From: Gemmatimonadota bacterium
GTDB taxonomy: Bacteria > Gemmatimonadota > Gemmatimonadetes > Gemmatimonadales > Gemmatimonadaceae
DNA length: 64,000 bases
Assembly (NCBI GenBank): GCA_031372565.1
Contig: JANMLN010000201.1
Location: forward strand, 22,094 to 86,093
Reading direction: 5' to 3'
Shown here: piece by piece, positions 8,751-18,459 of the stretch
How the letters are laid out: every line of letters starts with the position of its first letter
How positions within the stretch are numbered: position 1 is the stretch's first letter
Notes under the pieces: model-generated
Told to the model about the DNA's origin: nothing
Databases searched by the model: none
The model's input: only the letters and a program-made list of their open reading frames with translations
Made by a program: the position numbers and the translations under genes

Positions 8751-11506
8751 GGATATGCGAGGAGTCCCGCCACGAGCACGGGCAGGATCGACGTGCCGCT
8801 GCCGCCGTCGCCCAACTGCCCGGCGCTGTTCTCGCCCCAGCAGTACAGCGTCCGCGCGGTCGTGAAGCCGCAGGAGTGCGCCCTGCCCGCGACGATGCGC
8901 GTGAACGCGAGCCCGCCATCGACGGACAGCGGCACGCGCGAGCAGGACAGGTCGAAGCCGAAGACGGCGCAGGTGGTCGAGGTCTCCGTGCCCAACTGGA
9001 AGGTGCTGTTGTAGCCCCAGCACAAGCCGCCACCGCTTCCGGTGACCGCGCAGGTATGCAGAAAACTCGAGAGCTCCGCGGCGGTGGCGAGACTCGTCGT
9101 GAGGGGATTGCTGGCGACCACGCGCGGTTGCGACTCACCCACCGCGCTCCCCGTGCCAAGTTGACCGGTCTGATTCCCACCCCAGCAGTACGCTTGATTC
9201 CCGGTCGTGATGCCGCAGGTGTGGGACTCTCCCGCCGTGAGCGAGGTGAATCGAAGGCCGGTCGCGACCTGCGTCGGCACCAGCGCCTGTGTCACGGTCG
9301 GAATCCCGAGACCGCCGAAGACGTTGGATCCCCAGCAGTAGGCCTCGCCGGTGGCCGTCCACGCACAGGAGTGCACACCGCCCGCCGTGATGCCCACGAA
9401 CGCAAGCCCACCCGACGCTTCGGCGGGCCCGAGCGTCCGGATCGTGTTGCCGATGCCAAGCTGTCCCGCGTCGTTGCGCCCCCAGCAGTACGCGCGGCCG
9501 GTGATCGAGAGCGCGCAGTTGTGGTTCGCGCCAGCGGCCACCGCCGTGAAACCCACCGCGCTCGCAATGGGCGTGGGCAGTGGACGATCGAGCGTGTCGA
9601 GCAGACCGAGCTGGCCCTGTGTATTCGCCCCCCAGCAGCGCACGACGCGCGCCGAGGTGAGCCCACACGTGTGCGCATCGGACGCCGCGATGACCTGATA
9701 GGTCCCCATGCCGAGGACCTGCGCGGGCACGCGGCTCTCACTCGCTCCACCGATCCCGAGCTGGCCGCGGTCGTTGCTGCCCCAGCACCAGGCCTCGCCG
9801 ATCTCGGTCAGCGCACAGGTGTGGCGCGCGCCCGCGTCCAGCGAAGACTCGATCGCCGGGCGGCAGGGCACGCCGATGTCACGGGTGACGGCCGCACCGG
9901 CCGGGAGTACGAAGCTCTCCGACGCCGGAATCACGCACCCCGCCGGCACCGACGAGACGCTGAGCACGGACGGGCCCGGCGGGACGCCGGTGAGCGCGTA
10001 TGCACCCGAACTGGCACTGGTCGCCTGCCGCTGAGACGGCTCCAGCGTCACACGCACCCCCACCAGCGCCCCGCGGATCGCCGAGAAGACCTGCCCCGAC
10101 AATGAGGCGAGCGCCGGTGCCACGAGCACCTCGCCCACGGTCCACCCGCTGTACCACGGGGCGTTGGCGCGGCCGGCGTCCGCGGGTTTGACTCCGCCCC
10201 GCCACGTGGTCACATCGAACTCGGCACCGCCGCCGCCCACCACACTCAGCGTGGCCGCGGGCGAGTTGAAGGGCGGTCGCAGGTCGGGGAGCACCACATC
10301 CGTCCCGGCGATCAGCGTTCGGGCAACCTCGACCGGATCGCTGACCACCACGTTCTGCTGATCCGCGCGCGCGAGCCACTCCGACTCGGGATCCGGCGTG
10401 CCGTACGGGCCGCATGTCGAGGGCGGACTCCCCGGCGGGCCCAACGACGTCGCTGCAACGGTCACGACGCCACGTAGCCGCAGCCCGTTGGCGCCGACCT
10501 GCGCGCACGTGCTCGCGCCGTCGACGTCGAGCGCCACGGCGGGACGAAAGAGCAGCACGTCACGGACATCACCGGCCGTTCCGCGCTCCAGGACCAGGGC
10601 GCGAGGAGGCGTCGAGCCGTAGGGATTCGCGCCGTTGCTCTCGAGCACGATCGTCACGTTGGCCACCGACGGCGCAGACCTCGGCGTCGCATCATCACCG
10701 CTGCCGCCCCGTCCACCGTTCCGGCCTTGCATGCCCCCGGCCACCAGTGACGGATCGCCTTGCACGATCAGGTGCTGGGCGTATCCCGTCCAGCCACCGG
10801 TCCATGCAAGTCCGAACTGTGCGTTGGTTGTGAGCGCCAGAAACCGGAGCCCGACGTTGCTCCCGACGATGGTCACGCCGTTGCCGAGCGAACGATGCAC
10901 CTGCACGTACTCGATGCGCGTGGCGGCACCGACGGCAAGCAGTTCGAGGCCACGCACCGCGTACTCGATCCGCGCATAGCGCAGGACCCCGCTCGAGTCG
11001 CGGATGGCGCAGCCACCGTACGCGACCCCTCGATCGGACGATTCACGACACCCGGCCGCGCCAGACCCACGAACGGGCGGGCTCGTCGATGGGCCGTGAT
11101 TGATGACCCCGTTCCCCGCGATGGTCAGGCCGTTCCAGCAGCCCGCCGTCGGTGCAGGGTCGCTGCAGGTGAACACGATCGGCTCGAGGAACGTCCCGTT
11201 CGCGTTCAGGCGTGACTCGCGCGGCACGATGAGCTCAGCACCCGAGTCGGCCAGTACCACCGCACCCGCGCCGATGGTCAGCGAGCTTCCGGCGGACAAG
11301 ATCGTCGTGCCGCTGAGCCGATGCGTCTGGTGTCCGGCCCATCGCACGTCACCGCGCAACACGGTCACGGCACGCGATGCCGACACGCCTTTGGCGGGGA
11401 CGCGCGCCGTCGCGGCCGGCACGGCGCCGGTACCGATCAATAGTGGAACGAGCAGGAGGATGGCGAGCATCGCTGAGTCCAACGGGATGGCGCGCGTCGC
11501 GCGCAC
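8747..11506 (-). CDS. Secreted protein: beta-helix-like N-terminal region, carboxypeptidase-regulatory-like domain and RCC1-type beta-propeller repeats
   Basis: 919 aa; hydrophobic N-terminus; LNANGT..EPIVFT, DSSGVLRYARIEYA; seven repeats of HTC...G.AYCWG.N..GQLG. Confidence 0.85.
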   Translation of the reverse strand: MRATRAIPLDSAMLAILLLVPLLIGTGAVPAATARVPAKGVSASRAVTVLRGDVRWAGHQTHRLSGTTILSAGSSLTIGAGAVVLADSGAELIVPRESRLNANGTFLEPIVFTCSDPAPTAGCWNGLTIAGNGVINHGPSTSPPVRGSGAAGCRESSDRGVAYGGCAIRDSSGVLRYARIEYAVRGLELLAVGAATRIEYVQVHRSLGNGVTIVGSNVGLRFLALTTNAQFGLAWTGGWTGYAQHLIVQGDPSLVAGGMQGRNGGRGGSGDDATPRSAPSVANVTIVLESNGANPYGSTPPRALVLERGTAGDVRDVLLFRPAVALDVDGASTCAQVGANGLRLRGVVTVAATSLGPPGSPPSTCGPYGTPDPESEWLARADQQNVVVSDPVEVARTLIAGTDVVLPDLRPPFNSPAATLSVVGGGGAEFDVTTWRGGVKPADAGRANAPWYSGWTVGEVLVAPALASLSGQVFSAIRGALVGVRVTLEPSQRQATSASSGAYALTGVPPGPSVLSVSSVPAGCVIPASESFVLPAGAAVTRDIGVPCRPAIESSLDAGARHTCALTEIGEAWCWGSNDRGQLGIGGASESRVPAQVLGMGTYQVIAASDAHTCGLTSARVVRCWGANTQGQLGLLDTLDRPLPTPIASAVGFTAVAAGANHNCALSITGRAYCWGRNDAGQLGIGNTIRTLGPAEASGGLAFVGITAGGVHSCAWTATGEAYCWGSNVFGGLGIPTVTQALVPTQVATGLRFTSLTAGESHTCGITTGNQAYCWGGNQTGQLGTGSAVGESQPRVVASNPLTTSLATAAELSSFLHTCAVTGSGGGLCWGYNSTFQLGTETSTTCAVFGFDLSCSRVPLSVDGGLAFTRIVAGRAHSCGFTTARTLYCWGENSAGQLGDGGSGTSILPVLVAGLLAYP

Positions 11507-11662
11507 TTAAAGCCCCTCAGCTTCGGCTCTGCTCGTGAAGACTGCCGCGCGCCGGTGTCACAGACTGATATCAACGACGTCACGCCGACCGTGGCGGCCC
11601 GTGATCGTGACGTTTGAGTATCGAAACCGTGATTGTCGTTGACCGCGTGTCGCGCTATCCGG

Positions 11663-12154
11663 TCAATCCGTCAGCGGCACGATCTGCACGTCCACCGCGC
11701 CATCGAGCACGGTCAGTCTCGCCACGCTCGGCACGAGCTGAAACCGACGCGGGCCTGCCGCCCCGGGATTCACCACCAACCGGCCGTCGGCGCGCGTGAC
11801 CAGCTGCTGGTGCGTGTGCCCGTACACCAGCACGGCCTCCGGATAGGCCGCCAGCAAATTCGCGGGGGTGGGCGCACCGAGTTCGTGCCCGTGACTCACG
11901 TGAATGGCCACATCCCCGACGCGGTGCACGAACGAGGCAACCAGCGGCGGGTACGGCTCATCCGTGTTGCCGAAAACGGCGAGCACCGGTGCGATGGTTT
12001 CCAGTTCCGCCAACACGATCGGCTCGCCGACATCTCCGGCGTGCAGGATGAGCGACACCCCTGCCAGCGCCTCGTGCACCGACGGCCGCACCAGATTGTG
12101 GGTGTCGGAGATGAGCCCGATCACGATGGGCCCCGTCTGCGCTCGCCTGCTCAC
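11663..12154 (-). CDS. Metallophosphoesterase, YfcE/MJ0936 family
   Basis: ISDTH, HAGD, V.GNTD, SHGH, GHTH, NPG motifs; GTG start overlapping the ubiX stop. Confidence 0.9.
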   Translation of the reverse strand: MSRRAQTGPIVIGLISDTHNLVRPSVHEALAGVSLILHAGDVGEPIVLAELETIAPVLAVFGNTDEPYPPLVASFVHRVGDVAIHVSHGHELGAPTPANLLAAYPEAVLVYGHTHQQLVTRADGRLVVNPGAAGPRRFQLVPSVARLTVLDGAVDVQIVPLTD

Positions 12155-12762
12155 GCGTCCGTTGGGGCGTCGCCCTGCCAGCGCCGACCGACCGTGTGGT
12201 CGAGGTCGAGTTGGTCGAGCACGCGAGCCACCACGAAGTCGACGAGGTCGCTGATGCCCTGCGGCTTGTGGTAGAAGCCCGGCGCGGCCGGCATGACCAC
12301 GGCGCCTGCCTGCGTCACGCGCAGCAGGTTCTCGAGGTGGATCTGCGAGAACGGCGTCTCGCGCGGGACGAGGATCAGCTTGCGTCGTTCCTTGAGCACC
12401 ACGTCGGCCGCACGCTCCACCAATGAGCGCGAGGTCCCCGCCGCGATCGACGCCACCGTGCCCATCGAGCACGGGCAGATCACCATGCCGCGTGTGCGCA
12501 CGGAGCCCGAGGCCGGCAGCGCGCCACGATCGCCGTCGTCGAACACGCGCACGTGCGCGTCCCAGGCGCTCGCGCCAACCGACGCGCGCAGCGCCGCCTG
12601 ATCGGCGATGCCCACCTCGGTGGAGAGCAGGCGATAACCGTGCGACGAGATGATCAGCCACGTCGGCTGCGCCAACTCCGCCAGCGCGCGCACCAGCCGC
12701 ACCGCGTACGGCGCCCCACTCGCGCCGGTGATCGCGACAACAATCGGACGCGCCGCACTCAT
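12151..12762 (-). CDS. ubiX: Flavin prenyltransferase
   Basis: VAITGASGA, PASGS, PCSMGT, RAADVVLKERR.LILVPRETP, PGFYHKP. Confidence 0.95.
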   Translation of the reverse strand: MSAARPIVVAITGASGAPYAVRLVRALAELAQPTWLIISSHGYRLLSTEVGIADQAALRASVGASAWDAHVRVFDDGDRGALPASGSVRTRGMVICPCSMGTVASIAAGTSRSLVERAADVVLKERRKLILVPRETPFSQIHLENLLRVTQAGAVVMPAAPGFYHKPQGISDLVDFVVARVLDQLDLDHTVGRRWQGDAPTDA

Positions 12763-13706
12763 GCGCTCACCGCCGCGATCAGCCGGCCGGCCAGTACGCA
12801 CGCGAAGAAGAGCAAGCTCATCACGCCGTTCATGGTGAAGAACGCCGCGTCCAGCTTGGAGAGGTCATCGGCCTTCACGAGCCCGTGCTCGTACCACAGG
12901 ATGCTCGCAGCCACCGCGACCCCCGCCCACCACGCAACGCCCGCCGTCGCGCCGGCCATGGGCAGCGCCCATCCGACCAACGCGAACGCCACGACCGTGA
13001 GCGTGTGCAGCGCGCGCGCGACCACGATGGCGCGCGGCACCCCGATCGCCGACGGGATCGAGAACAGCCCCTGCGACCGATCGAACTCGGCGTCGGGCAG
13101 CGCATAGAGCACATCGAAGCCCGCGACCCAACTGGCCACCGCAACGGCGAGCAGCGGCAGCAGCCACCACGGCGTCGGCCACGCCCCCGTCACCGCGAGC
13201 CATCCGCCGGCTGGCGCGATCGACAGCCCGACGCCGAGCCACAGGTGCGCGTAGCGCGTGAACCGCTTGGCGTAGCTGTATCCCAGCACCCACGCCAGCG
13301 CGATCGGCGACAATGCGAGACAGAGCGGATTGAGCCGCCAGGCACTGACAATGAACAGCGCGCCTGCGAGCACCACCGAGGCGCGGGCCGCACCCACGCC
13401 AATCACGCCGCGCGGGATCTCGCGCTGCGCGGTGCGCGGATTGAGGGCGTCAAACCGTCGATCGACCAGCCGATTGAAGGCCATCGCCGCGAACCGTGCG
13501 CTCGTGAACGCCAGCACGGCCCAGCCCACCTGCGACACCGTGACCGCATGGGTCCAGCTCGCAAGGGTCACCCCCACGAGTGCAAACGGCAGCGCGAACA
13601 CCGTGTGCGGCAGCTTGACGAAGCTCGCCCATGTCGAGACAACGCCGGGCCCGGCGAAGGTCTGCCCTTCACGCGGTCCGCCGACGCTCGCCTGCGCGCC
13701 GCTCAT
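12759..13706 (-). CDS. ubiA: UbiA-family polyprenyltransferase (MqnP-like)
   Basis: KLPHTVFALPFA, AMAFNRLVDRRFDALNPRT..REIP.G, GFDVLYALPD; ATGA overlap with ubiD. Confidence 0.92.
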   Translation of the reverse strand: MSGAQASVGGPREGQTFAGPGVVSTWASFVKLPHTVFALPFALVGVTLASWTHAVTVSQVGWAVLAFTSARFAAMAFNRLVDRRFDALNPRTAQREIPRGVIGVGAARASVVLAGALFIVSAWRLNPLCLALSPIALAWVLGYSYAKRFTRYAHLWLGVGLSIAPAGGWLAVTGAWPTPWWLLPLLAVAVASWVAGFDVLYALPDAEFDRSQGLFSIPSAIGVPRAIVVARALHTLTVVAFALVGWALPMAGATAGVAWWAGVAVAASILWYEHGLVKADDLSKLDAAFFTMNGVMSLLFFACVLAGRLIAAVSA

Positions 13707-15184
13707 CGCGTTCCCAATCCGAGCGAGGGCCAGATCGCGTCGACCTTCGCTCTGGTGGTGGCATCCATCTCGATCACCTTGGGCCAGTTGCGCGTGAACC
13801 CTTCCTCGGGCCACTTCCGCGTGGCATCGAGCCCCATCTTGCTGCCATAGGTGAAGCCGCGACTCGCATGATCGAGCACGTCCACCGGTCCCATCGTGAA
13901 GCGGGCATCGCGCTCGGGATCGAGGTTGTTGAGCGCGACCCACCACGCTTCCTGTGGATTGCGGACATTGACCCAGTCGTCCACGATCACGAGCACCTTC
14001 GCCAGCGACATCAGCCCCTGTCCCCACAGCGCGTTCATCACCTTGAACGCCTGCCCGGGATACTGCTTGCGGATGCTCACGAACACGAGGTTGTGGAAGA
14101 TGCCCTCGGCCGGCATGTGGTAGTCGACGATCTCGGGCGTCGTCAGCTTGAGCAACGGCAGGAAGATCCGCTCGGTGGCATGACCCAGGTAGAAATCTTC
14201 CATGGGCGGCCGACCGACGATCGTCGTCGCGTACACGGGGTGCTTGCGCATCGTGACCGCCGTGATGTGCACGCGCGGATACAAGTCCGCCTCGGAGTAG
14301 AACCCCGTGTGATCGCCGAACGGCCCTTCGGTCACCAGCGGCTCCCGCGGATCGATGTACCCCTCGAGCACGAACTCCGCCTCGGCCGGCACCTCCAGGT
14401 CGCAGGTCAGCGCCTTGACGAGCTTGACCGGCTTCGACCGGAGGAAACCGGCGAAGATGAACTCATCGACGGCCGGTGGCAGCGGCGCACTCCCCGAGAA
14501 GACGCTCGCCGGATCGGCCCCGATCGCAATGCACACCGGCATCATCTGCCCGGTCTCTGCCATGTGGCGCCAGTGCTCGGCGCCCGACTTGTGCCGCTGC
14601 CAATGCATCGCGACATGGCGCGGCCCCATCTGCTGTACGCGATACATCCCCACGTTGCGGATGCCCCGCACCGGGTCCTTGCTGATCACCATCGGCAGCG
14701 TGATGTACGGTCCGCCGTCATCGGGCCAGCAGGTGATGATCGGCAGCCGGTCGAGGTTGATCTCGTCGCCGCGCCACACGATTTCCTGGCACGGCGCCCC
14801 GCTTCCGACCATCCGTGGCGGAAACTTCGAGACCTCGAGGAGACGCGGCAACAGCGACAGCTTGCCCATCAATCCTTCGGGCACCTTGAGGTCGATGAGC
14901 TTGGTGATGCGCGCACCCACCTCGTCGAGCTCCCGGACCCCCAGTGACAGCGACATGCGCGTCATGCTGCCGAACAGGTTGATGGCCACCGGATACGCCG
15001 AGCGGGTGCCGTCGCGGAGTACGGGGTGCTCGAACAGCAGCGCGGGCCCACCACCGGGCCGCTTCATGACACGGTCCGCGATCTCGCACAGTTCGAGATG
15101 GATCGAGACCGGCTCCTTGATGCGGACCAGCTCGCCGGCCTGCTCAATGGCGGCGATGAACTCCTGCAGCGTGTCGAGGGTCAT
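13703..15184 (-). CDS. ubiD: UbiD-family decarboxylase (menaquinone biosynthesis decarboxylase, MqnL-like)
   Basis: CWPDDGGPYITLP, RNVGMYR, EGPFGDHTGFY, GRPPMED, GSKMGLDATRK. Confidence 0.95.
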   Translation of the reverse strand: MTLDTLQEFIAAIEQAGELVRIKEPVSIHLELCEIADRVMKRPGGGPALLFEHPVLRDGTRSAYPVAINLFGSMTRMSLSLGVRELDEVGARITKLIDLKVPEGLMGKLSLLPRLLEVSKFPPRMVGSGAPCQEIVWRGDEINLDRLPIITCWPDDGGPYITLPMVISKDPVRGIRNVGMYRVQQMGPRHVAMHWQRHKSGAEHWRHMAETGQMMPVCIAIGADPASVFSGSAPLPPAVDEFIFAGFLRSKPVKLVKALTCDLEVPAEAEFVLEGYIDPREPLVTEGPFGDHTGFYSEADLYPRVHITAVTMRKHPVYATTIVGRPPMEDFYLGHATERIFLPLLKLTTPEIVDYHMPAEGIFHNLVFVSIRKQYPGQAFKVMNALWGQGLMSLAKVLVIVDDWVNVRNPQEAWWVALNNLDPERDARFTMGPVDVLDHASRGFTYGSKMGLDATRKWPEEGFTRNWPKVIEMDATTRAKVDAIWPSLGLGTR

Positions 15185-15957
15185 GGTGCGCGATCAACGC
15201 CCGGCTCGGCCGGTCGTTCCCCGACATGGATGGCCGCAACGCCGAGCGTCAGCGACTCCCAGCGCACGCGTGCGAACCCGGCCTGCGTGAGCCGGGCAGC
15301 CAGCGCCTCCTCGACGGGAAAGTGCTGTACGGAGCGCGGCAAGTACGCGTACGCCGTCCGGTGGCCGCTGATCAATCCGCCGATGAAGGGCAGGAGGTGG
15401 TGGAAGTACGCATGATACCCCGCGCGCACGATGGCTGCGCGCGGCGTCGAGAACTCGAGGATCACGAACCGCGCCCCCGGCTTGAGTACACGAAAGACCT
15501 CCACGAGTCCCGCATCGAGGTTGGCCACGTTCCGGATGCCGAAGGCGACAATGGCCCCCTCGACGCTCGCTGCCGGCAGTGGCAGCGCCAGCGCGTCCGC
15601 CACCACTGGTGCAATGCGGCCACCCCCCTTCCCGGCCCCGGCTCGGAGCATCGGTTCGGCAAAGTCGGCGCCGATCACCCGGCCGCGAAACCCCGCCGTC
15701 GCGGCGAGCTGCGCCCCCACGTCGAGGGTCCCCGCGCACAGGTCGAGCCAGGCACCGTCCGGCGCGCGCTCCACGCCCAACTGCGCGATGGCGCGCTCAC
15801 GCCAGCGCCGATCGATGTTGAAGCTCAGCAGGTGGTTGAGCAGGTCGTAGCGCGGCGCGATCTCGGAGAAGATCCGCTGCACATACTCGCGCTTTCCGCC
15901 GTCGCCGCGAGCGGCCGACTCAACCTCGCGCGCGTCGATGTCCGTGTGTACCGTCAC
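15181..15957 (-). CDS. ubiE: Demethylmenaquinone/ubiquinone methyltransferase (UbiE/MenG); start approximate
   Basis: F..IAPRYDLLNHLLSF.ID..WR, LDLCAGT.D, FGIRNV, E..RVLKPG....ILEFS.P, AY.YLP.SV..FP. Confidence 0.92.
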   Translation of the reverse strand: MTVHTDIDAREVESAARGDGGKREYVQRIFSEIAPRYDLLNHLLSFNIDRRWRERAIAQLGVERAPDGAWLDLCAGTLDVGAQLAATAGFRGRVIGADFAEPMLRAGAGKGGGRIAPVVADALALPLPAASVEGAIVAFGIRNVANLDAGLVEVFRVLKPGARFVILEFSTPRAAIVRAGYHAYFHHLLPFIGGLISGHRTAYAYLPRSVQHFPVEEALAARLTQAGFARVRWESLTLGVAAIHVGERPAEPGVDRAP

Positions 15958-16081
15958 CGTGGGAAAGCTCGCGGCCTGCGAGGGAGGCAGCAAGCGTCGC
16001 GCGCCCCTCGCCTGCCCCCTTGCAATCCGGTAGCTTCTCCATGCGCGCGCAGGGGGCCCCGCCCCGGCTGCGTGCGCTCCG

Positions 16082-16687
16082 ATGCCCACTACGCGAATCG
16101 AGCTCGAGAACCTCCCAGACGCGGACGTCGTCGCGCTCGCGCAGCAGGGTCGCGAGGACGCGTTCCGCGAGATCATCCGGCGCTATGAGCGCCCGGTGTT
16201 CTCACTTGTGTACCGCATGGTCCGGGATCGCGAGGTCGCCGAAGACCTCGCGCAGGACGCCTTCATCCGCGTCCTCAACAACCTTGACAAGTACCGGTCG
16301 GAGTTCAAGCTGTCGAGCTGGCTGTTCAAGATCGCCAACAATGTGGCGATCGATCATCTGCGCAAGCGACAGCTCGACACCATCTCGATCCACGGCTCGC
16401 CGAACGCCGCGACCGCGAGCGAGATCGAGGCGACCACCATCGATATCGACTCGGGCGAAGAGAACGCCCTCGACGAGATGGAGGCCAAGGAGCTCGGCAG
16501 CGCCATCGAGCGCGCCATCGCACAGCTCCGCCCCGAGTACCGCGCCTGCATCATGCTGCGGCACGTCGAAGGGCGCTCCTACGAAGAAATCGCCACGACG
16601 CTCGACCTCCCGCTCGGGACGGTCAAGACCTACATCCACCGCGCGCGCCACGAACTGCGCGAAGCCCTCGAACATCTGCGGGAATGA
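16082..16687 (+). CDS. ECF RNA polymerase sigma factor (RpoE/SigW-like)
   Basis: AEDLAQDAF, SWLFKIANN..IDHLRK, EGRSYEEIA..L..P.GTVKT.IHRAR. Confidence 0.95.
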   Translation: MPTTRIELENLPDADVVALAQQGREDAFREIIRRYERPVFSLVYRMVRDREVAEDLAQDAFIRVLNNLDKYRSEFKLSSWLFKIANNVAIDHLRKRQLDTISIHGSPNAATASEIEATTIDIDSGEENALDEMEAKELGSAIERAIAQLRPEYRACIMLRHVEGRSYEEIATTLDLPLGTVKTYIHRARHELREALEHLRE

Positions 16688-16767
16688 ACCGGCGCGCCCC
16701 GGCGCGCAACGCCTTGCCCGGTGAAACTCCCGCCTCGCCCCAGCCGTACGGAACCACGGAGACCTGC

Positions 16768-17358
16768 ATGCCTGACACACACCTCGAACCCGCCGACATC
16801 GAACTGCTCATCGACGATGAGCAGTCGCCGGGAGCCGCGCCCCTCGCGGCTCACGCGGCGCAGTGTGATCCCTGCCGCGCGGCGCTGGACGAGGCCCGTT
16901 TTGTCGCCGAGATGCTCTCGACGGCGCCGCACCTCAAGCCGACCCGCGAGTTCACGGAGCGCGTGATGGGCAGCGTTGAGGTGTCGTCGCCCTGGCATGT
17001 GGCGCTCACGGACTCGGTGCTCGCCGTCGTCCCTGAACGCGGGACGACACGCACGGGGATGCTGGTGGCGGCGTTGTTCGCCGGGCTGCTCACGACGGCA
17101 GGCGTCGTCTGGCTGGCGCTTCGGGCTGACCAGGCGGCGATGGTCGCGGGCATGGTCGCCGAGCGCGGGCGCACGGTCGGCATCCGGATCGGGAACGACG
17201 TGGCCGGCGCGTTGTTCGGGCCGACCGCGGTCGATCTGCTGCGCGAGCACGGCTTCACCGCCGTCGCCCTCGCCATTCCGGCGTTCCTGCTCACCGCCGC
17301 GGCCGCGCTGATGGGGTTCCGAGCCCTCGGCGTCGCGGCGCGTACGCGGAGGGGTTGA
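16768..17358 (+). CDS. Membrane anti-sigma factor with zinc-binding (ZAS-like) motif
   Basis: H...HAAQCDPC (HxxxCxxC), two hydrophobic segments; GGAG RBS before ATG 16768; follows the ECF sigma. Confidence 0.75.
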   Translation: MPDTHLEPADIELLIDDEQSPGAAPLAAHAAQCDPCRAALDEARFVAEMLSTAPHLKPTREFTERVMGSVEVSSPWHVALTDSVLAVVPERGTTRTGMLVAALFAGLLTTAGVVWLALRADQAAMVAGMVAERGRTVGIRIGNDVAGALFGPTAVDLLREHGFTAVALAIPAFLLTAAAALMGFRALGVAARTRRG

Positions 17359-17361
17359 GTC

Positions 17362-18459
17362 ATGCGACGTGTGCATGCCCTCCTGTTGGTCGCGGCCGCA
17401 TGGTTGCCCATGGCCGCGGTTGCGCAGGCCCCCAGCGACTCGATCGGCAAACTGCTTGCGCTGGTCGCACGCGAGTTTCCCAAGCGCACGCTGCCGACCA
17501 ACGCGTTGGTGACGGCGGGCGCCCGGACGGTGATTGCAGGGTCGAAGGAGCCGGGCGACGTGGCCACGGCTGGCCGTCTCGACGTGCTCGGCGATGTGGC
17601 CGGCAGTGCGTTCGCGTTGGGCGGCGACCTGATCGTCGGCCCCGGTGCGCACGTGCACGGTGATGCGATCAGCGTTGGCGGCGACGTGCGCCTCGATGGC
17701 GGTCTGGTGGACGGCGAGATCCGTCGCATCGCGACCACTGCGTCGGCTGCGGCCGGAGCGGTGGCAGGCGACGAGGACGGCCTGATGCCCGCCTCCGGCC
17801 GCTCACCGTTCGCGCAGGCGCTGGGCTGGCTGGTCGTGCTGCTGCTTGTGGGCATCGGCACGCTCGTGTTCGCCGACCGGTATCTCGACGGCGTCGTGCG
17901 CGAGCTCGAACGCTCCGTGCCGCGCGCCTTCCTGATCGGCCTCGCGGGAGAACTGGCGCTGGCCCCGGCGCTGCTCCTCATCTGCGTCGGGCTCGCGCTC
18001 ACGCTGCTCGGCATCCTCGTGATTCCCTTCGCGGTCGTCGCGTTCGTGCTGGCGGCAGCCGGCCTGCTCACGCTCGGGTATCTCGGCGTGGCGAGCATGG
18101 CCGGCAGCGCCCTGATGCGCGACGGCGCGCGCCACTCGGCCCGCGGGGCTGCGTTGCGCTCGTTGCTCGTGGGCATCGTGGCGCTCATGGCGTTCTGGAT
18201 CGTTGCGGGGCTCGTCGGCAACACGGGGCTGCTACTGATGGTCACGCGCGGACTTGCCGTCGCCATCACGTGGGTTGCCGCGACGGCGGGCTTCGGTGCC
18301 GCCCTCGCCTCGCGCGGTGGCGCACTCAAGCGGCGTCAAAGCCCCAGAACACCAGCCGGTGGCACGGATGCCGCGTGGCAGACACCGACGCCCGTGCGCG
18401 GTGTGGCAGCCGCCAAGCGGCCCGCAGCGACCACCGCGTCGGGCGGCGAACGCCGGTGA
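17362..18459 (+). CDS. Membrane protein with polymer-forming (bactofilin-like) beta-solenoid repeats and multi-TM C-terminus
   Basis: Signal peptide; GDVATAGRLDVLGDVAGSAFALGGDL...VHGDAISVGGDV; about 5-6 TM helices. Confidence 0.75.
   Translation: MRRVHALLLVAAAWLPMAAVAQAPSDSIGKLLALVAREFPKRTLPTNALVTAGARTVIAGSKEPGDVATAGRLDVLGDVAGSAFALGGDLIVGPGAHVHGDAISVGGDVRLDGGLVDGEIRRIATTASAAAGAVAGDEDGLMPASGRSPFAQALGWLVVLLLVGIGTLVFADRYLDGVVRELERSVPRAFLIGLAGELALAPALLLICVGLALTLLGILVIPFAVVAFVLAAAGLLTLGYLGVASMAGSALMRDGARHSARGAALRSLLVGIVALMAFWIVAGLVGNTGLLLMVTRGLAVAITWVAATAGFGAALASRGGALKRRQSPRTPAGGTDAAWQTPTPVRGVAAAKRPAATTASGGERR

Noticed and set aside
7779..9023. ORF-track N-terminal extensions (also 11663-12661, 12759-14027, 24810-26684, 30114-31631, 38492-39571, 43117-44439)
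   Set aside because: They overlap neighbouring genes in other frames; internal starts give signal peptides, family N-termini or stop/start overlaps
1..11506. Calling the locus a true cellulosome or classical SusCD PUL
   Set aside because: No glycoside hydrolase, CBM3 or SusD recognisable in the window; only the cohesin/dockerin-like modules are supported
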